A stretch of 55,016 nucleotides of DNA, filler included, from Thelocarpon superellum (taxonomy: Eukaryota), in the NCBI GenBank assembly GCA_026025795.1. It is 2 parts of 2 records of this genome, joined end to end, with 100 filler letters (N's around TTAATTAATTAA, not from the genome) between each part and the next. Parts side by side here need not be neighbours in the genome. Positions count along the whole stretch, not along the records: positions 27,610 to 55,016 come from JAPEUG010000246.1; 1 more part is not named here. One strand, given 5' to 3'. A program made the translations under genes and the position numbers. The notes beneath the pieces were generated by a model that searched no databases, was not told the origin of the DNA, and saw only the letters and a program-made list of their open reading frames with translations. This document shows positions 40,640-52,273 of the stretch, one piece after another; the first letter of the stretch is position 1; each line of letters starts with the position of its first letter.

Positions 40640-43600
40640 GAGGGCGAGTAGGAGCATGGAGGCGTTTGCGTTGTACCTTCCCCCCACTAGGTGGCGTAGT
40701 GATGTGTTGAGGGTGAGGCGGTGTGGAGAAGAACATCCCATTGATTAATCCACCGCCTCTGTCCTCCCCATCGACCTTGGCGAGCAATGAAACGATGAGT
40801 AAAGAGAAGCCATATTGTTCAGCTGCGCCTTGAGGGATGTGTTCCTCTCGGCCTCAAATGCGGAACCTGCCCAGACGCTCGCCCTATGCAACTCTACACG
40901 AGACTCCATCATGTCACTGACCGGAACCGCCGAACAGGGGATCAGATGCATCTCCACAGGTGACTCGCCATATCGCACTGTCGGTGCTGACCCCAGCACC
41001 GAGGTCCCAACACTCGGAACAAGAGAGTATTGAGTAGTAGTATTCCACCTGCCTCAGACACATGCCTCCGCGTCCATCGAGCACGGCGATGGAGATCCTG
41101 GACGCGTCACGGGGGACTTGCTGTGTCATGTTGAAGAAAGGATCTGCAAGGGGTTCGGCCGTGCACAGTCTTCGACGTGCTGCTGCATGATTCAGTCGGT
41201 GGGTTGCTCCTTACATCGAGCCTCGAGTCACCCTCCTATGCGATGGGCTGAAGGTCTTGTAAACGAGCCGCACTGGGGCAAGGCGAGGCGAGAACGGCGA
41301 AAAGAACGATTTCTGATCTTGACCGTACGACGTGAATCCCGATCTCAAGGAACACGCATCCAGTCGGCGCCCTCGCTGCGCATGTGCGAGCGGCGATGTG
41401 TAAGGAACGCCGCTCGATATCACGACATCGACATCAGATTCGAACATTGAGCTACATGCCACTCCGAGGATACCACTGCCGAACAGCACTATCGAGCTAC
41501 AGACCGGACGAGGACCGAATTACCATTTCATCGGATAGAATTGGGGCGACTGGTCTCGACGTCCTGGAAACACCAATCGGTCTGTGCAGCGAGACAAGTG
41601 TGCGACCAGGTCAGCAACGGCGAGGCGAACCAAGGCCAACAGGACGTTGAGACATTATTGACAAAGACGTGGCGCGAGCCGTCGCGGCGGTACGAGTATT
41701 CGTACGCATCGGGTACAGATGGCTCGAGTGCTCGTCGAAGCGACGGCGACCGGACCGGAGCCGAAATGATGTGAGGCAGGGAAGAGGGCCGATCGACCCT
41801 TCGGTTCGCTTAACACGTAGGCTGCAAGGCCAGGGAAGTGGAGTGGCTGCTCCAGCGTCGATCCTGGGCCTTCCTGGAGACGTGCTGGTCGATCCCGTCG
41901 TGGCAACCCCCGTCCTGGGCGAGGATCGTTGCCAAGGGGTGTGCGCGGGGCGACGGGGGGCGCGGCAGGGGAGGTATTGACCGCACCCGACCCCGACTCT
42001 GTAAGCAGCGCCAGAATGCCATCCTGGCCCATCAGTGCCGTGCAGCAAGATGCGCGCGTTTGCTTATGCAGCGCGAATTTCCAACGTCTCGACCATGGCG
42101 TTGGTCCGGAGTACACAAAATTCAATGAGAGTATTATCGGGCAACCTGGACAATACTACGCCTGTGCACAGGCCCGACCGTGTGATGGCGCGATCCAAGG
42201 CAGGAAGTACGTGGCCACCTCGATTGCTGGTTCGACTAGCTGCCATTGCCATCCAGGCATCTACTCCTCCAGATCTGGATGGAGCCGGGATCATTTAGCT
42301 ATGCGTGGTTACTTGTTCATGCAAGGTCGGGAACGTGGCGTCGTGACTCCACGCTGATTCTGACCTGGGCTGAGTCAGGATGAGGCCGTCCGTGAAGCGA
42401 ACCTTGACGAGCTCGCGACCACGAATCCTCGTGCTGGTCCAATTCATCTCGATCGTCCCGCGCGAGACATTGGATCAGCCGAGACGGCCACTTCGCCACG
42501 AGCCGACATTTTCGGAGCTCATGAAGTGCAAATTTCTCCAAGGACTCGGCCACATCTTCCAACATGGCAAAGCCCTCGCTTCATGGGTGTCGAGGATACC
42601 ATCCCGACGCATCAAATTTGGCAGCATAATGGTAATAGCAGCACTCTCATTAGGGCGTGTCGTTCGTCAACTTCATCGAGGATTCAGGTGCGACGGCCAG
42701 ATGGGACAAGGAGCACGATCGATTGGACGCGACGCCGACCAACGCCAGTGGCGGCGGAGAACGTTCCCTGGCGTCAGGTACCAGGCACTCGCCCGACCTC
42801 GAAGCCAGGCACATCCCCTAGCGACCGATTGTTCGGTGCTTTGCCGGCAGACCTGCGCCTTGCTCTTCGTTCCGCTACAAGTACGAAGCGGACGTGCGAG
42901 GGGGCCAGAAGATTTTGGCCCGAGCCTTTAGCGTCGAGTGGCGTATTGGGTGGCTCGTCCCCTTCCCGAAGAACGTACGGAGTAGGCGGACTCGTACGAG
43001 TACAGGTATGGGAGGGTGATGGGCGCCGATCACCACATTACGAGTACTACTCGTCCAACTGCGACGACGCAGGAGTAATAATGTTTGCGACGCATGAGGG
43101 CAAGGGTGGAACGGATCCGCTCCGGAAGACCTGGGCCGCGTACCTGTAGTGTCAGCGGACGGGAAAGCACTTATGGAGCAACTAAATACTTGACGTGATA
43201 GTCATGCGGACGACCCCAATGCCCGTTGTGGCGCCCCGGACCTGACAGGGTCGGGGGGACTGTACATAGCAACGACAGCGCTCACCAAAGACTTGCAGTA
43301 CTGCGGATCATGATATGAGTTCTCTTAGGGTTCCAACGCTCGTGGGCGAAGCTCCGGCAGATGCATGGATCAGACTGAACCATCCCTGTCGAAGCCCGTG
43401 CAGCGTCCTGCGTCTTACTGATAGTTGCCATTGCAATTCTCCAGTAGCCAGGAAGAGTCGAAGCTGGCGCAGCAGCGCACACGATACCAACAGGGAGCCA
43501 AGGAACTACACTTATCGTGCGACCTCGACCGCTCCCCGCGTGCGGGGACGAGGAAAGTTGAGGGGTGGAGAGACCCAGAAGCTTGCTAGCCGAGCATTGG

Positions 43601-45543
43601 CAGTCATCGTGGGCAACACCAGGACCACCCTCATTTGTCTCTCTATGGTATCAGACGAACACTCGTACTACGAGTCAATTGTCATCATGGGGTGTGGTCC
43701 TATGGATTAAATGGGTAGGCCAGATCAAGATGTCCAGTGCACGCTCATACGTGGAGATGCACCCACACGACTACGACGGCCCGCGCGGGGTTACCTCACA
43801 CCACACGTCCGAGTTCTCCAAATATTACAAGCACGCAAGAACATTTTAGCCCTGCTGCCGAAAGCAGCCCTGACAGCGAGGGCAAGTAGGAGTACTTGTG
43901 CACCTTCTGTTTGTCCTGCCATGCGCGCAGCCGGGGCCTGTCCCATCTCACCGTGTCTGTCTTTACTGAGGAACTACAGGAGACAAGAAAGTCTCGGTGG
44001 GCGAAATCCGCGAAGGAGCATGAAGAATGATTTCGAGAGTATTGCTTTAATCTCCACCGTCAGCACTCGCCCAGCGATGAAGCCAGTGGGCGGTCGATGC
44101 GGGACACCGGTAGGGTGGATGAGGCGCCAACGGTCGCGGTCGGCCGTACAAAACGTGCGCCCATCCTGGATGAAAAGGGTAATGGCCGGGGGAACTATTG
44201 AATTCGGGAGCGTGCTGGCTGCGATGCGCTCGGGAGGCGGAAGGGGAAGGGGGGTGCGGCAGCAATAATCCGAGCGCGACCGAGAACGACTTGGCTCGCC
44301 CGCCAGGCCTCTTGGGCCAGGCACTGGCGCATTGTCCGGGTCTAGCGCTGCAGCAAGATTATGTTGGCCTAGCCCCATGAGGCCTGGCTCGGGACCCCAA
44401 GGCCGGCGTGCCCACGACGAGCGAGGTACGAAGGGTGCGAGAACTCGTACGAGACCTCGTACGAGGACTCGCAGCGCGCGACAGTCCGCCCCGGGGCGCG
44501 GCGAGGCAGGCAGGCTCTGCCGGAGCCGGAGGGACTGGGCCTGTGCCTGCAAGGGTGCTGGATCGGGCGTGCCCCCATCAGCCCATCTGCTCGGGCGCCG
44601 CCCGCCTGCCCGGCTCGAGTCTCGTGGCGCGTGGCTTGGGTCCTCGGGGTTGGGGGCCGTCGGGCTGGACGGACGGAGGGCTGGACGCGTCGGCGAAATG
44701 GGAGGGAGGACGAGGACAAGTGCCATGCTCGTACCTGTAATTGGTGCTGGAGGGGATCGGGAGCGGTAATGGTGGTGCAAGTCACGATGCCGCCAGTGGC
44801 TGCTTCCTCCGCGGTTAGTCCCTGGCGGTCTCCGTCGGGATAGCCGTCAAGGGAAGCGACGAGAGGACTTCGGTGTACATCCATGCACCTGCCCCGTGCG
44901 CTGGTCCGCCGGTCCGCTGGCGCGCCCACCACCCACCGTCCGGCACCCAGCGTGTACCTTCACGCTTGCGCCAAGCCCCAAGCCAGTCGACGCCTCGTCT
45001 CTCGTGCATCCCCGGCCGTCTGTCGGCCCAGCGCGGACGCTTTTTCAGGACATGCTGCTTAAGAGCATGCGCCCTCCCGCAGCAAAGGCAGGCTTCCAGG
45101 GCACCGTTGTCGACCCCCCTCCCTCTAGGACTCCGCTTGACTGCCACCCTCGGGCATCGTTCGACTTCAGACGCTGTTGCATTGCACACCTGAATAGCTC
45201 GAGGTATCAGCTCCGTCCTGCCTCCAACTACCGTCCCTCTTTCGGCCACGACCCTGAAGTGCATTGATCGACATCCCTACCGATCCAGCCAAGATCGCCC
45301 GCCCGGACCGGGATCCGCCCTCCGAAATCGTCGAGGCCGCAAAACATTTCGAGGCCGGCCGAAGGTGCTATCCCATGGCCTAGGCCCTCCCGGTGACGAG
45401 CTCATTGGGTGCTGGGTCTGGCGTCTCGCTGGACCAATTCCTTGTCTTGGGGCTCGACATCACGAACCTCCAGTTCTCCACGGCCTCGGTCTGCGATTTG
45501 GTCTGGTCATGCTGCTGCGTCCCCACCGCATCCGGCCCGCGCG

Positions 45544-46984
45544 ATGAAGCTCGACAACAACCCCGCCCCTGCATGGCCGGGCTCTCCACTGTCGCCATGG
45601 ACGAGGACGTCCCCGACCAGCGCCCCGGACGACCGCTCCATCCATCTACCGAGACGTCCACTCCGCATCGCGCCCTCGCCCGGACGACGACGGTCCCATC
45701 AGTCAACGCTCCTTCCCATCCCGATGTATTTGATCCTCTTCATCGCCATCTTGAGCTGCTGTTCCACGGTCGAGGCCCACTATCTTCGTGACGAGCGCGA
45801 TCTCTTTGAGTCGACGCTGGCCCGGCTCAACCGCAAGGGCGAGATTCTGGTCGATTCTCGACCCGACCCGAGTCTCTTTGCCTTGGACCTGAAGCGACGT
45901 CAGAACACGCCATTCGACAATACCCAATCCACCGCGCAAGCTGCGTCGGCCATATCCGCCTCGGCCGCCTCCCATATCTCCAAATCCAGCGCCTCGACGG
46001 CCGCCCCGGCTCCGACGGCCAGCACTGGCGGAAAGAATTCCGCGTCAGAATCGACCTCGACGGCCACGGACTCATCCGCGCCGTCATCTACACCATCGAC
46101 ATCATCGTCGGGCCTGGCCACTCAACCGGCTCCCACGGGTGGTCCGCTGCCGAGCGCCTTCGACACCAGCCTGGGCTCGAACTTCACGACGAGCGCGTGT
46201 CCCAACTTCTTCAACTCCTTCCTTCAGAATTCCACCTTCAAGGCCTGCCTCCCGCTCTCCCTACTGCTCCAGGTATGTGACCCGCTCGCAAGCTACCGTG
46301 GTCTCGACCGAATTGTGAGACTGACGCAAGGCATCAGAATTCCAATTCGTTTTTCCAAGCCGAAAAAAGCATCGTGACCATCACACAGACGCTCGAAGCG
46401 AGCTGTAACGTCGACTTCGCCACATGCACGGCAACGATGGCCGATTTCGCGACCCAGATTCGCGACGATACTACGTGCGGGGCCGACTTTCAACGGCAGA
46501 ATCCCTTGGTACTGCAGGCCTACAACGGCTTCATTGCGTACGCGCCCATGTATCAAGCGGGATGTCTCCGGGACAGCTCGGGTGACTATTGCTTTGCCGA
46601 CGCCATCACCAACTTCACGTCGCCAACGGACTCGTACGTTTACTACGTGGGCCTCGGTCTCCCTCTACCCGGTGGCTCACGTCCAACGTAAGTGGCGCCG
46701 GCTCTCTGGTCCTGGCGACAGTTGCTGACAGACGGCACAGGTGTAATTCCTGTCTGCAAAACACCATGAGCATCTTCGCGAATGCGTCGAGCAACAGTTC
46801 CCAACCCGTCAGCCAACAATACGTCCAGACGGCGCAGGTGATCGACCTGAACTGCGGACCCAACTTCGTCAACACGACGATTCCCGCGTCCAAGGGCGCG
46901 GCGTCGGGAGTGCGAAGCCCGCTGGATTACCGGACGGGCGCCCTTGTGGCGATCCTCTTCACCCTGGGGCACCTTTTGCTCTAG
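45544..46984 (+). CDS. Secreted/GPI-anchored Ser/Thr-rich, Cys-rich cell-surface protein (DUF7729-like)
   Basis: Hydrophobic MYLILFIAILSCCSTVEA (alternative ATG 45724), KRR site and S/T tract. Cys domain PSAFDTSLGSNF...CPNFF...CLPLSLLLQ|NSNSFF...CGADF...YCFADA...PT|CNSCLQNTM...CGPNFVN, then a hydrophobic C-terminus. Introns approx. 46273-46337 and 46688-46740. Confidence 0.85.
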
Positions 46985-47183
46985 ATGACGGTGGCGGCGG
47001 CGGCGACGACTCTCACTTCCCCACACTTCTTCTCTTCTTGCACATATTGGATATCACACACTTGATCCCCGGTCGTGAAGTTCTTCCGACCTCGCGGTGG
47101 GCGCCGACCCTTGAACTTTGCTAGCGTGCATCGGGACGGAGGTGGAACTTTTGCCCGCTTCGTTGGATAGACAACCGGGGTTG

Positions 47184-47231
47184 GCAGGCAGGCAGGCGCG
47201 CAGGCGGGCAGGCAGGCAGGCAGGCAGGCAG
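47184..47231 (+). repeat. Imperfect (GCAG)n microsatellite
   Basis: Visible tandem GGCA/GCAG units between convergent genes. Confidence 0.8.
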
Positions 47232-47396
47232 GGTGTTGAGGCGTACCCACGGCGCCGTCTTGTTCTTGGCTCAGGCATAGTTAGCGCTTAGGGACCCTTA
47301 GTATTAGAAGTAATGTCTACAGAGTCATGAGCAGATCCAACCTCTCGCTGCACGCGGGGGACCGCCGTGCCGGTCGTACACGTCGTGCGTGAAGGC

Positions 47397-48072
47397 TTAC
47401 TCCTGCTCCATGTCATCCCTGTGCTCCGAGTCCGCCCTGTCCTGACCTTGATCCTGCGTCTCCAGCCGATCGAGAAAAGCCCGTGCATCGGCCCACAACA
47501 AAGCCCACATCTCGTCGCCCACAACATTACCTCGACTATTCAACCAGCCGACATCCAGACTACCGGTCCCCATTGGGCTCGTCCCCGGCGCGGCTGCCAC
47601 GCCGGCACCCCCTGTCTTCTCAAGCGCCTTCTTCTCACCGCCGGCACCTGCCCTCCCTCCCGCCGCTACTTCAGCCACGCTCGCGTCCCCCAGCGTCGCC
47701 GCCTCCTTGCCGGATCCGATGATGGCGGCTTCTTCCAGTGCGTGGATCTGACGACGGAGCCGCACGTCCACGGACGAAAGAAGACGGAAATAGGTCGCAG
47801 TAGCACTGGCAAACGCGTCTTTGTGGCTCTCGAGCGTGCCAGCCGCGTGGGGACTCGCGGTCAGGGCCTTGAGCGCCTCGCTGGCCGAGGCAAGGAGCGA
47901 GGTGAGATCCTTGGGTGAGCAAGGGTGTCAATGGTGAGGACAGGTGGATGGTGGAGGAGGAGGGCGAAAGGTATACCTTGTCGATGCCATTGAGCTGCTC
48001 GATCCGCTCCGCCGTGCTGAACGTCGGGCCAGCCTTGGGGGTAGGTGCGCCGCTAGCTTCTTCCTCCGCCAT
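47397..48072 (-). CDS. MED11: Mediator subunit Med11
   Basis: FSTAERIEQLNGIDK|DLTSLLASASEALKAL, YFRLLSSVDVRLRRQIHALEEA and GSLDVGWLNSRGNVVGDEMWALLW. Intron 47976-47910. Confidence 0.88.
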
Positions 48073-48766
48073 TACGATGGCGTATCGAGCGGACGAGGGA
48101 AGGCATCCATCAACCGGGCATGTTCGTGGCGGATCTCTCGCGGCCTTGATATGTCAGGCGTTGACAAACGCTGTTTCACGCCGGGAAGAGGTGTATCGAT
48201 GCGGAGTTCAATTGATCGCGGGCACCATTGGGTGCCGCTCGTTACATAACCTGAGGCGACCGTAGTCCCTGGGGGCTGCTTTGAGGCTCAGCCACGGCGC
48301 TTCGTTTACTCTTAGACGAGCTTAACGGTTTGTGCACCAGCCAAACAGTCAGGCAGTCAGGCTCCATAGCCGTGGCCAAAAAGATTCATTCACGGCCCTG
48401 GAGATGCCAGCAGCGACAAGGCACTCTTAACCAGTATGAAATTTTGGATAGTGTCAGTACTGTATTGAATGAGGCAGTCAGAGCTCACTGCAAATTGTGC
48501 ATCCAATGGTGACGACGACGGCAAACTCTGTGCCGGTGCTGGTTTTCGTCCCGGACTCGTAGATGGAAAGTCCGCACGGACAGCGAGGGAAGGATTTCAG
48601 CGTTGACTGGCCCATCGCCAACCACCGACCTCATCCGTTCAGTCATCACCCGCGAACCACCGACCGATTACTCCGGGATTGCCAATGCAGATCGTGTGTC
48701 TTGGTCTTGCAGACTCACCGCCCTCCAAAGCTATGTGAATCTGATCGGTCTTCTCCAACATCCGCC

Positions 48767-51700
48767 ATGTCTGGCCATCAACCTGGCGGCCCGGGGACGC
48801 CCGTCCCCACCAGTGCAGGCAATGGCCCCACTTCCGGCAACATCGCCCTGCCCCCTGCCCCGTCACAGCCATCGGCGGGAGGCAGTGGCGTGGGGTCGGG
48901 TGGAACGGGGACCGCACCGGGCGGAAGCATCTCGCAGCAGAATCTCAATAGCATCGTAGGTACCTTTCCTCTCGTCAGGACGATTGCTGAAGCTCCCCGG
49001 TCGTTCATCCTGCCCCATTCACCCCATGTCGCATGATCTGGATGATTGCTGTCTTGTCCGGAAGATGTTGAGCGAGGCAAGACAAAGAAAGGTGGCTGGC
49101 CTAGGATGAACTGTTGCCATCCAAGCGCGCATGCGGCAGAAGGAGACAGACTGCGTTGATGCAAACGCGGTGGCTTTGTTTGGCAAGGTTCCCCACATTT
49201 GCTGCCGTGAATCACATAACCCTCATAGTGAAGATCAACACCCGAGGGCAGCATGGGGGTGATCAAGCTGACAGCCAGTTCCGCACAAGAATATCAACCT
49301 TCTTGTAAATCCTCAACGCTGGACCGAGGAAAGCACGGATATCATATCGCTGATAACCAGTCTCATACAAGAATACTCTTGTAAATCCTCATCGCTGGAC
49401 CTCTTTTCATACCGCAGCTGCTCCTTCCTCGTCTGCTCGCCCAACTCTTCCTCCGGCCCTCGGGCCCGTCCCGCACATGCGCGGGCCATCTACCTCATCC
49501 CTGCCAACGATCTAACAGCAAGACTAGGTGATTGAATATCTATCCAAGAAAGGGTACAGTCGGACCGAGGCGATGCTGCGGATGGAGTCGGGCGCTGTCG
49601 ACAAGGACGGTCGCCCACTGTATCCGAAAGTGGATGAGAAGGGAGCCGAGAAGTATGGGAAGGCGTTCGGTAGGTATGATTCTCCCTGGTCAAAAGGGTA
49701 GATCTGACGCAAGGCAGACCTTCTCCGGACGTGGATCGACCAGAACCTCGACATTTACAAGGTATGCGGGTCGGCTTGGACGTGCGTCCTTCCCAGGCCA
49801 TCGCTGACCCGACTACAGCCCGAGCTGAAACGCATCCTTTGGCCCATCTTCGTCTACTCCTTTCTGAGCCTGGCCGTGGACTTCTATCCCAATGACTGCG
49901 AGCGATTCTTCACGACATACAAAGACCTCTTCACCAACGATCATGAGAGCGACTTGCGGAACTTGTCGACGATCCGCCTGGCCGAACACGTTCAACAGAA
50001 CGCCGTTGCGCAGATCTATCGCACGTCCAAGTACCGTCTCCCGCTCACGTCGGTCGCCTACTTCAACCTGATCCAGTTTCTGGAATCCAAGGAGAAGGAA
50101 GGCGGCGCGGTCATCATCGGCCTGCTGCAGCTCCACTGCCATGTCGTCACCGTGGAACGAGGCGCAACGGATGCGCACAGCTTGGCGGCGATGCTGCGAA
50201 AGGCGCAGGTGGAGGAAGACATGCCGGCCGAGGACGAAGGTATTCCGGGTCACAATCCAGGATCGGCCAATACCAACGAGAACGCGCCGGCGGTGCTTCC
50301 CAAGTTGAAGCTCGGGCCGCCACCGATGGAGCCCGACCTAATGGGAGACGTCCAGGCGGAACTGGAAGAGGAAGATGTCAAACACCCACCGGCTCCGGGA
50401 CAGCCGTCGTTGGTGGATGAGTTCCAAAAGATCAAACGGGAAGAGAGCGAAGACGCCCCGTCCCGTCACGATCTCCCCTTCCCACCGTCGCTGGCACGAG
50501 ACGTGGCGATGGAAGTTCAGAAAGTCAAGGAAAACCGGGATCGGTTCCAGATGGAGGGTCGCACGGGTGGAGTGGGCCCGGGATTGAGCGTGACCATGTT
50601 TACCTTTCACAACACCTACGACAGGTATGTCGGAGGTCGCCCACCCTGCAGACATAGCTGACGTCTGACGTCTGACGTCTGAAGCATCAACTGCATCGAC
50701 TTTTCCCAGGACAATATGTTGGTGGCCGCCGGCACGGACGAGTCCTACATCCGCGTGTGGAGTCTCGACGGCAAGGCGCTTCCGTCCATTGTCGCCGGTG
50801 GACCGACGGCCGCTCCACCGTCGGCGTCTCGTCGTCTGATCGGGCACTCGGGGCCTGTCTACGCCGTGTCCTTCTCACCCAGCATTGCCAAAGATCGAAA
50901 GACTCCGTCGGTCGTGCCAACAGGGCCTCGATATCTGATCTCGTGCTCGGCGGATAAGACGATCCGGCTGTGGTCGGTGGACGCGTGGGCGTGTCTCGTG
51001 GTGTACAAAGGCCACGACCACCCGATCTGGGACGTGACGTGGGGTCCGTACGGACACTACTTCCTGACGGGGTCACACGACAAGACGGCGCGACTCTGGA
51101 GCACGGACCATATCTCGTACCTGCGCATGTTCGCAGGGCACGACCAGGACGTGGACACGGTGTGTTTCCACCCGAACTCGGGCTACGTCTTCACGGGGAG
51201 TAGCGATAAGACGGTACGGATGTGGTCTGTGACGACGGGGGTGGCGGTGCGGCTCTTCACGGGGCACACGGGTAATCTGACGGCGCTCAGCTGTAGCCCG
51301 GACGGGAAGAGCCTGGCGTCGGCGGACGACGCAGGTGCTATCATCCTGTGGGAATTGACGTCGGGCCGCCGCTTAAAGCGCATGCGAGGCCACGGCAAGG
51401 GCGGCATCTGGAGCTTGGACTGGAACGTGGAGTCGACGGTGCTGGTGTCGGGTGGGGCAGACGGTACGGTGCGCGTGTGGGATGTCATGGGGCCGAGCGA
51501 GGCCCAGACGGGGAAGATAATTGGCGAGGGAGGTGCCGGCACGAAAATCGATGCCGGGAATGCCACGACCGCGAACGGCGCTGGCAGCGGCAATGCCTCC
51601 TCAACTGCGGGCATGGCCAACGCAAGCGGAACCGGCCAAGGGGGCCAGAACTCGACGTCGACCGCCAACGCCAACGTCACCTCCACGACCAACCCCGGCG

Positions 51701-51963
51701 GCAACGCCGCCACCTCGACCGCCACGGGCGGCGGCACCAGCACTGGTAACGCCACTACGAGTGGAAGCAGCACCGCGACGGGCACAGCCGGGACAGGGGC
51801 GGGCGCAGCAGGAGCAGCGGGCGTAGGGGCGAAGAAGAAAGCGAAAGAAATGATCGTCACGGCGGACCAGATCTCGGCCTTTCCGACCAAGAAGAGCCCG
51901 GTGTATACCGTTCGTGTCACGCGTCAGAATCTCGTGCTTGCGGGTGGGGCATTTCTGCCATGA
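48767..51963 (+). CDS. TAF5: TFIID/SAGA subunit Taf5 (LisH, NTD2, WD40)
   Basis: SQQNLNSI|VIEYLSKKGYSRTEAMLRME, WIDQNLDIYK|PELKRILWPIFVYSFL, SVTMFTFHNT, WD40 repeats and AFPTKKSPVY...NLVLAGG. Intron 1 is 48956-49527 (572 nt), plus three short introns. Confidence 0.96.
49267..49401 (+). repeat. Imperfect tandem duplication (~80-nt period) inside TAF5 intron 1
   Basis: GCTGAcagcCAG...ACAAGAATA...TCTTGTAAATCCTCAaCGCTGGACC (49267-49325) versus GCTGAtaacCAG...ACAAGAATA.TCTTGTAAATCCTCAtCGCTGGACC (49349-49401). Confidence 0.9.
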
Positions 51964-52273
51964 CCGAGATGAGCTGCTCATGGGATGATGAACGGGTTCA
52001 TGGAGATGGAAAAGAGGTGGAGACGGACGAGAACGGGATGGAGAGGGAGAGAGCCAGAGAGAGCGGGGGAGAGAGCAGTTTGATTCCATACGAATCCCAG
52101 TAATATCATGCACTCGAGTGGCGTAGACCTCCGTGTCCAAAGAGGCGCGGTGTTGTGATATATGCTCCAAGCCACGCCATGCTACGCCTATCACCGGGTA
52201 GAGGAGGGAAACTACCATCTACAGAGAGAAAAGAGAAAATATCCCAAAGTAAGAAGCAGCCAATTCTGTCACG

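Noticed and set aside
49217..49226. TAACCCTCA in the TAF5 intron resembling a telomerase template
   Set aside because: It mismatches TAACCCTAA, and the intron is far too short for a Pezizomycotina telomerase RNA.
50658..50683. (GTCTGAC)n repeat giving several branchpoints in the last TAF5 intron
   Set aside because: A simple slippage repeat with a single usable acceptor; no predicted consequence.
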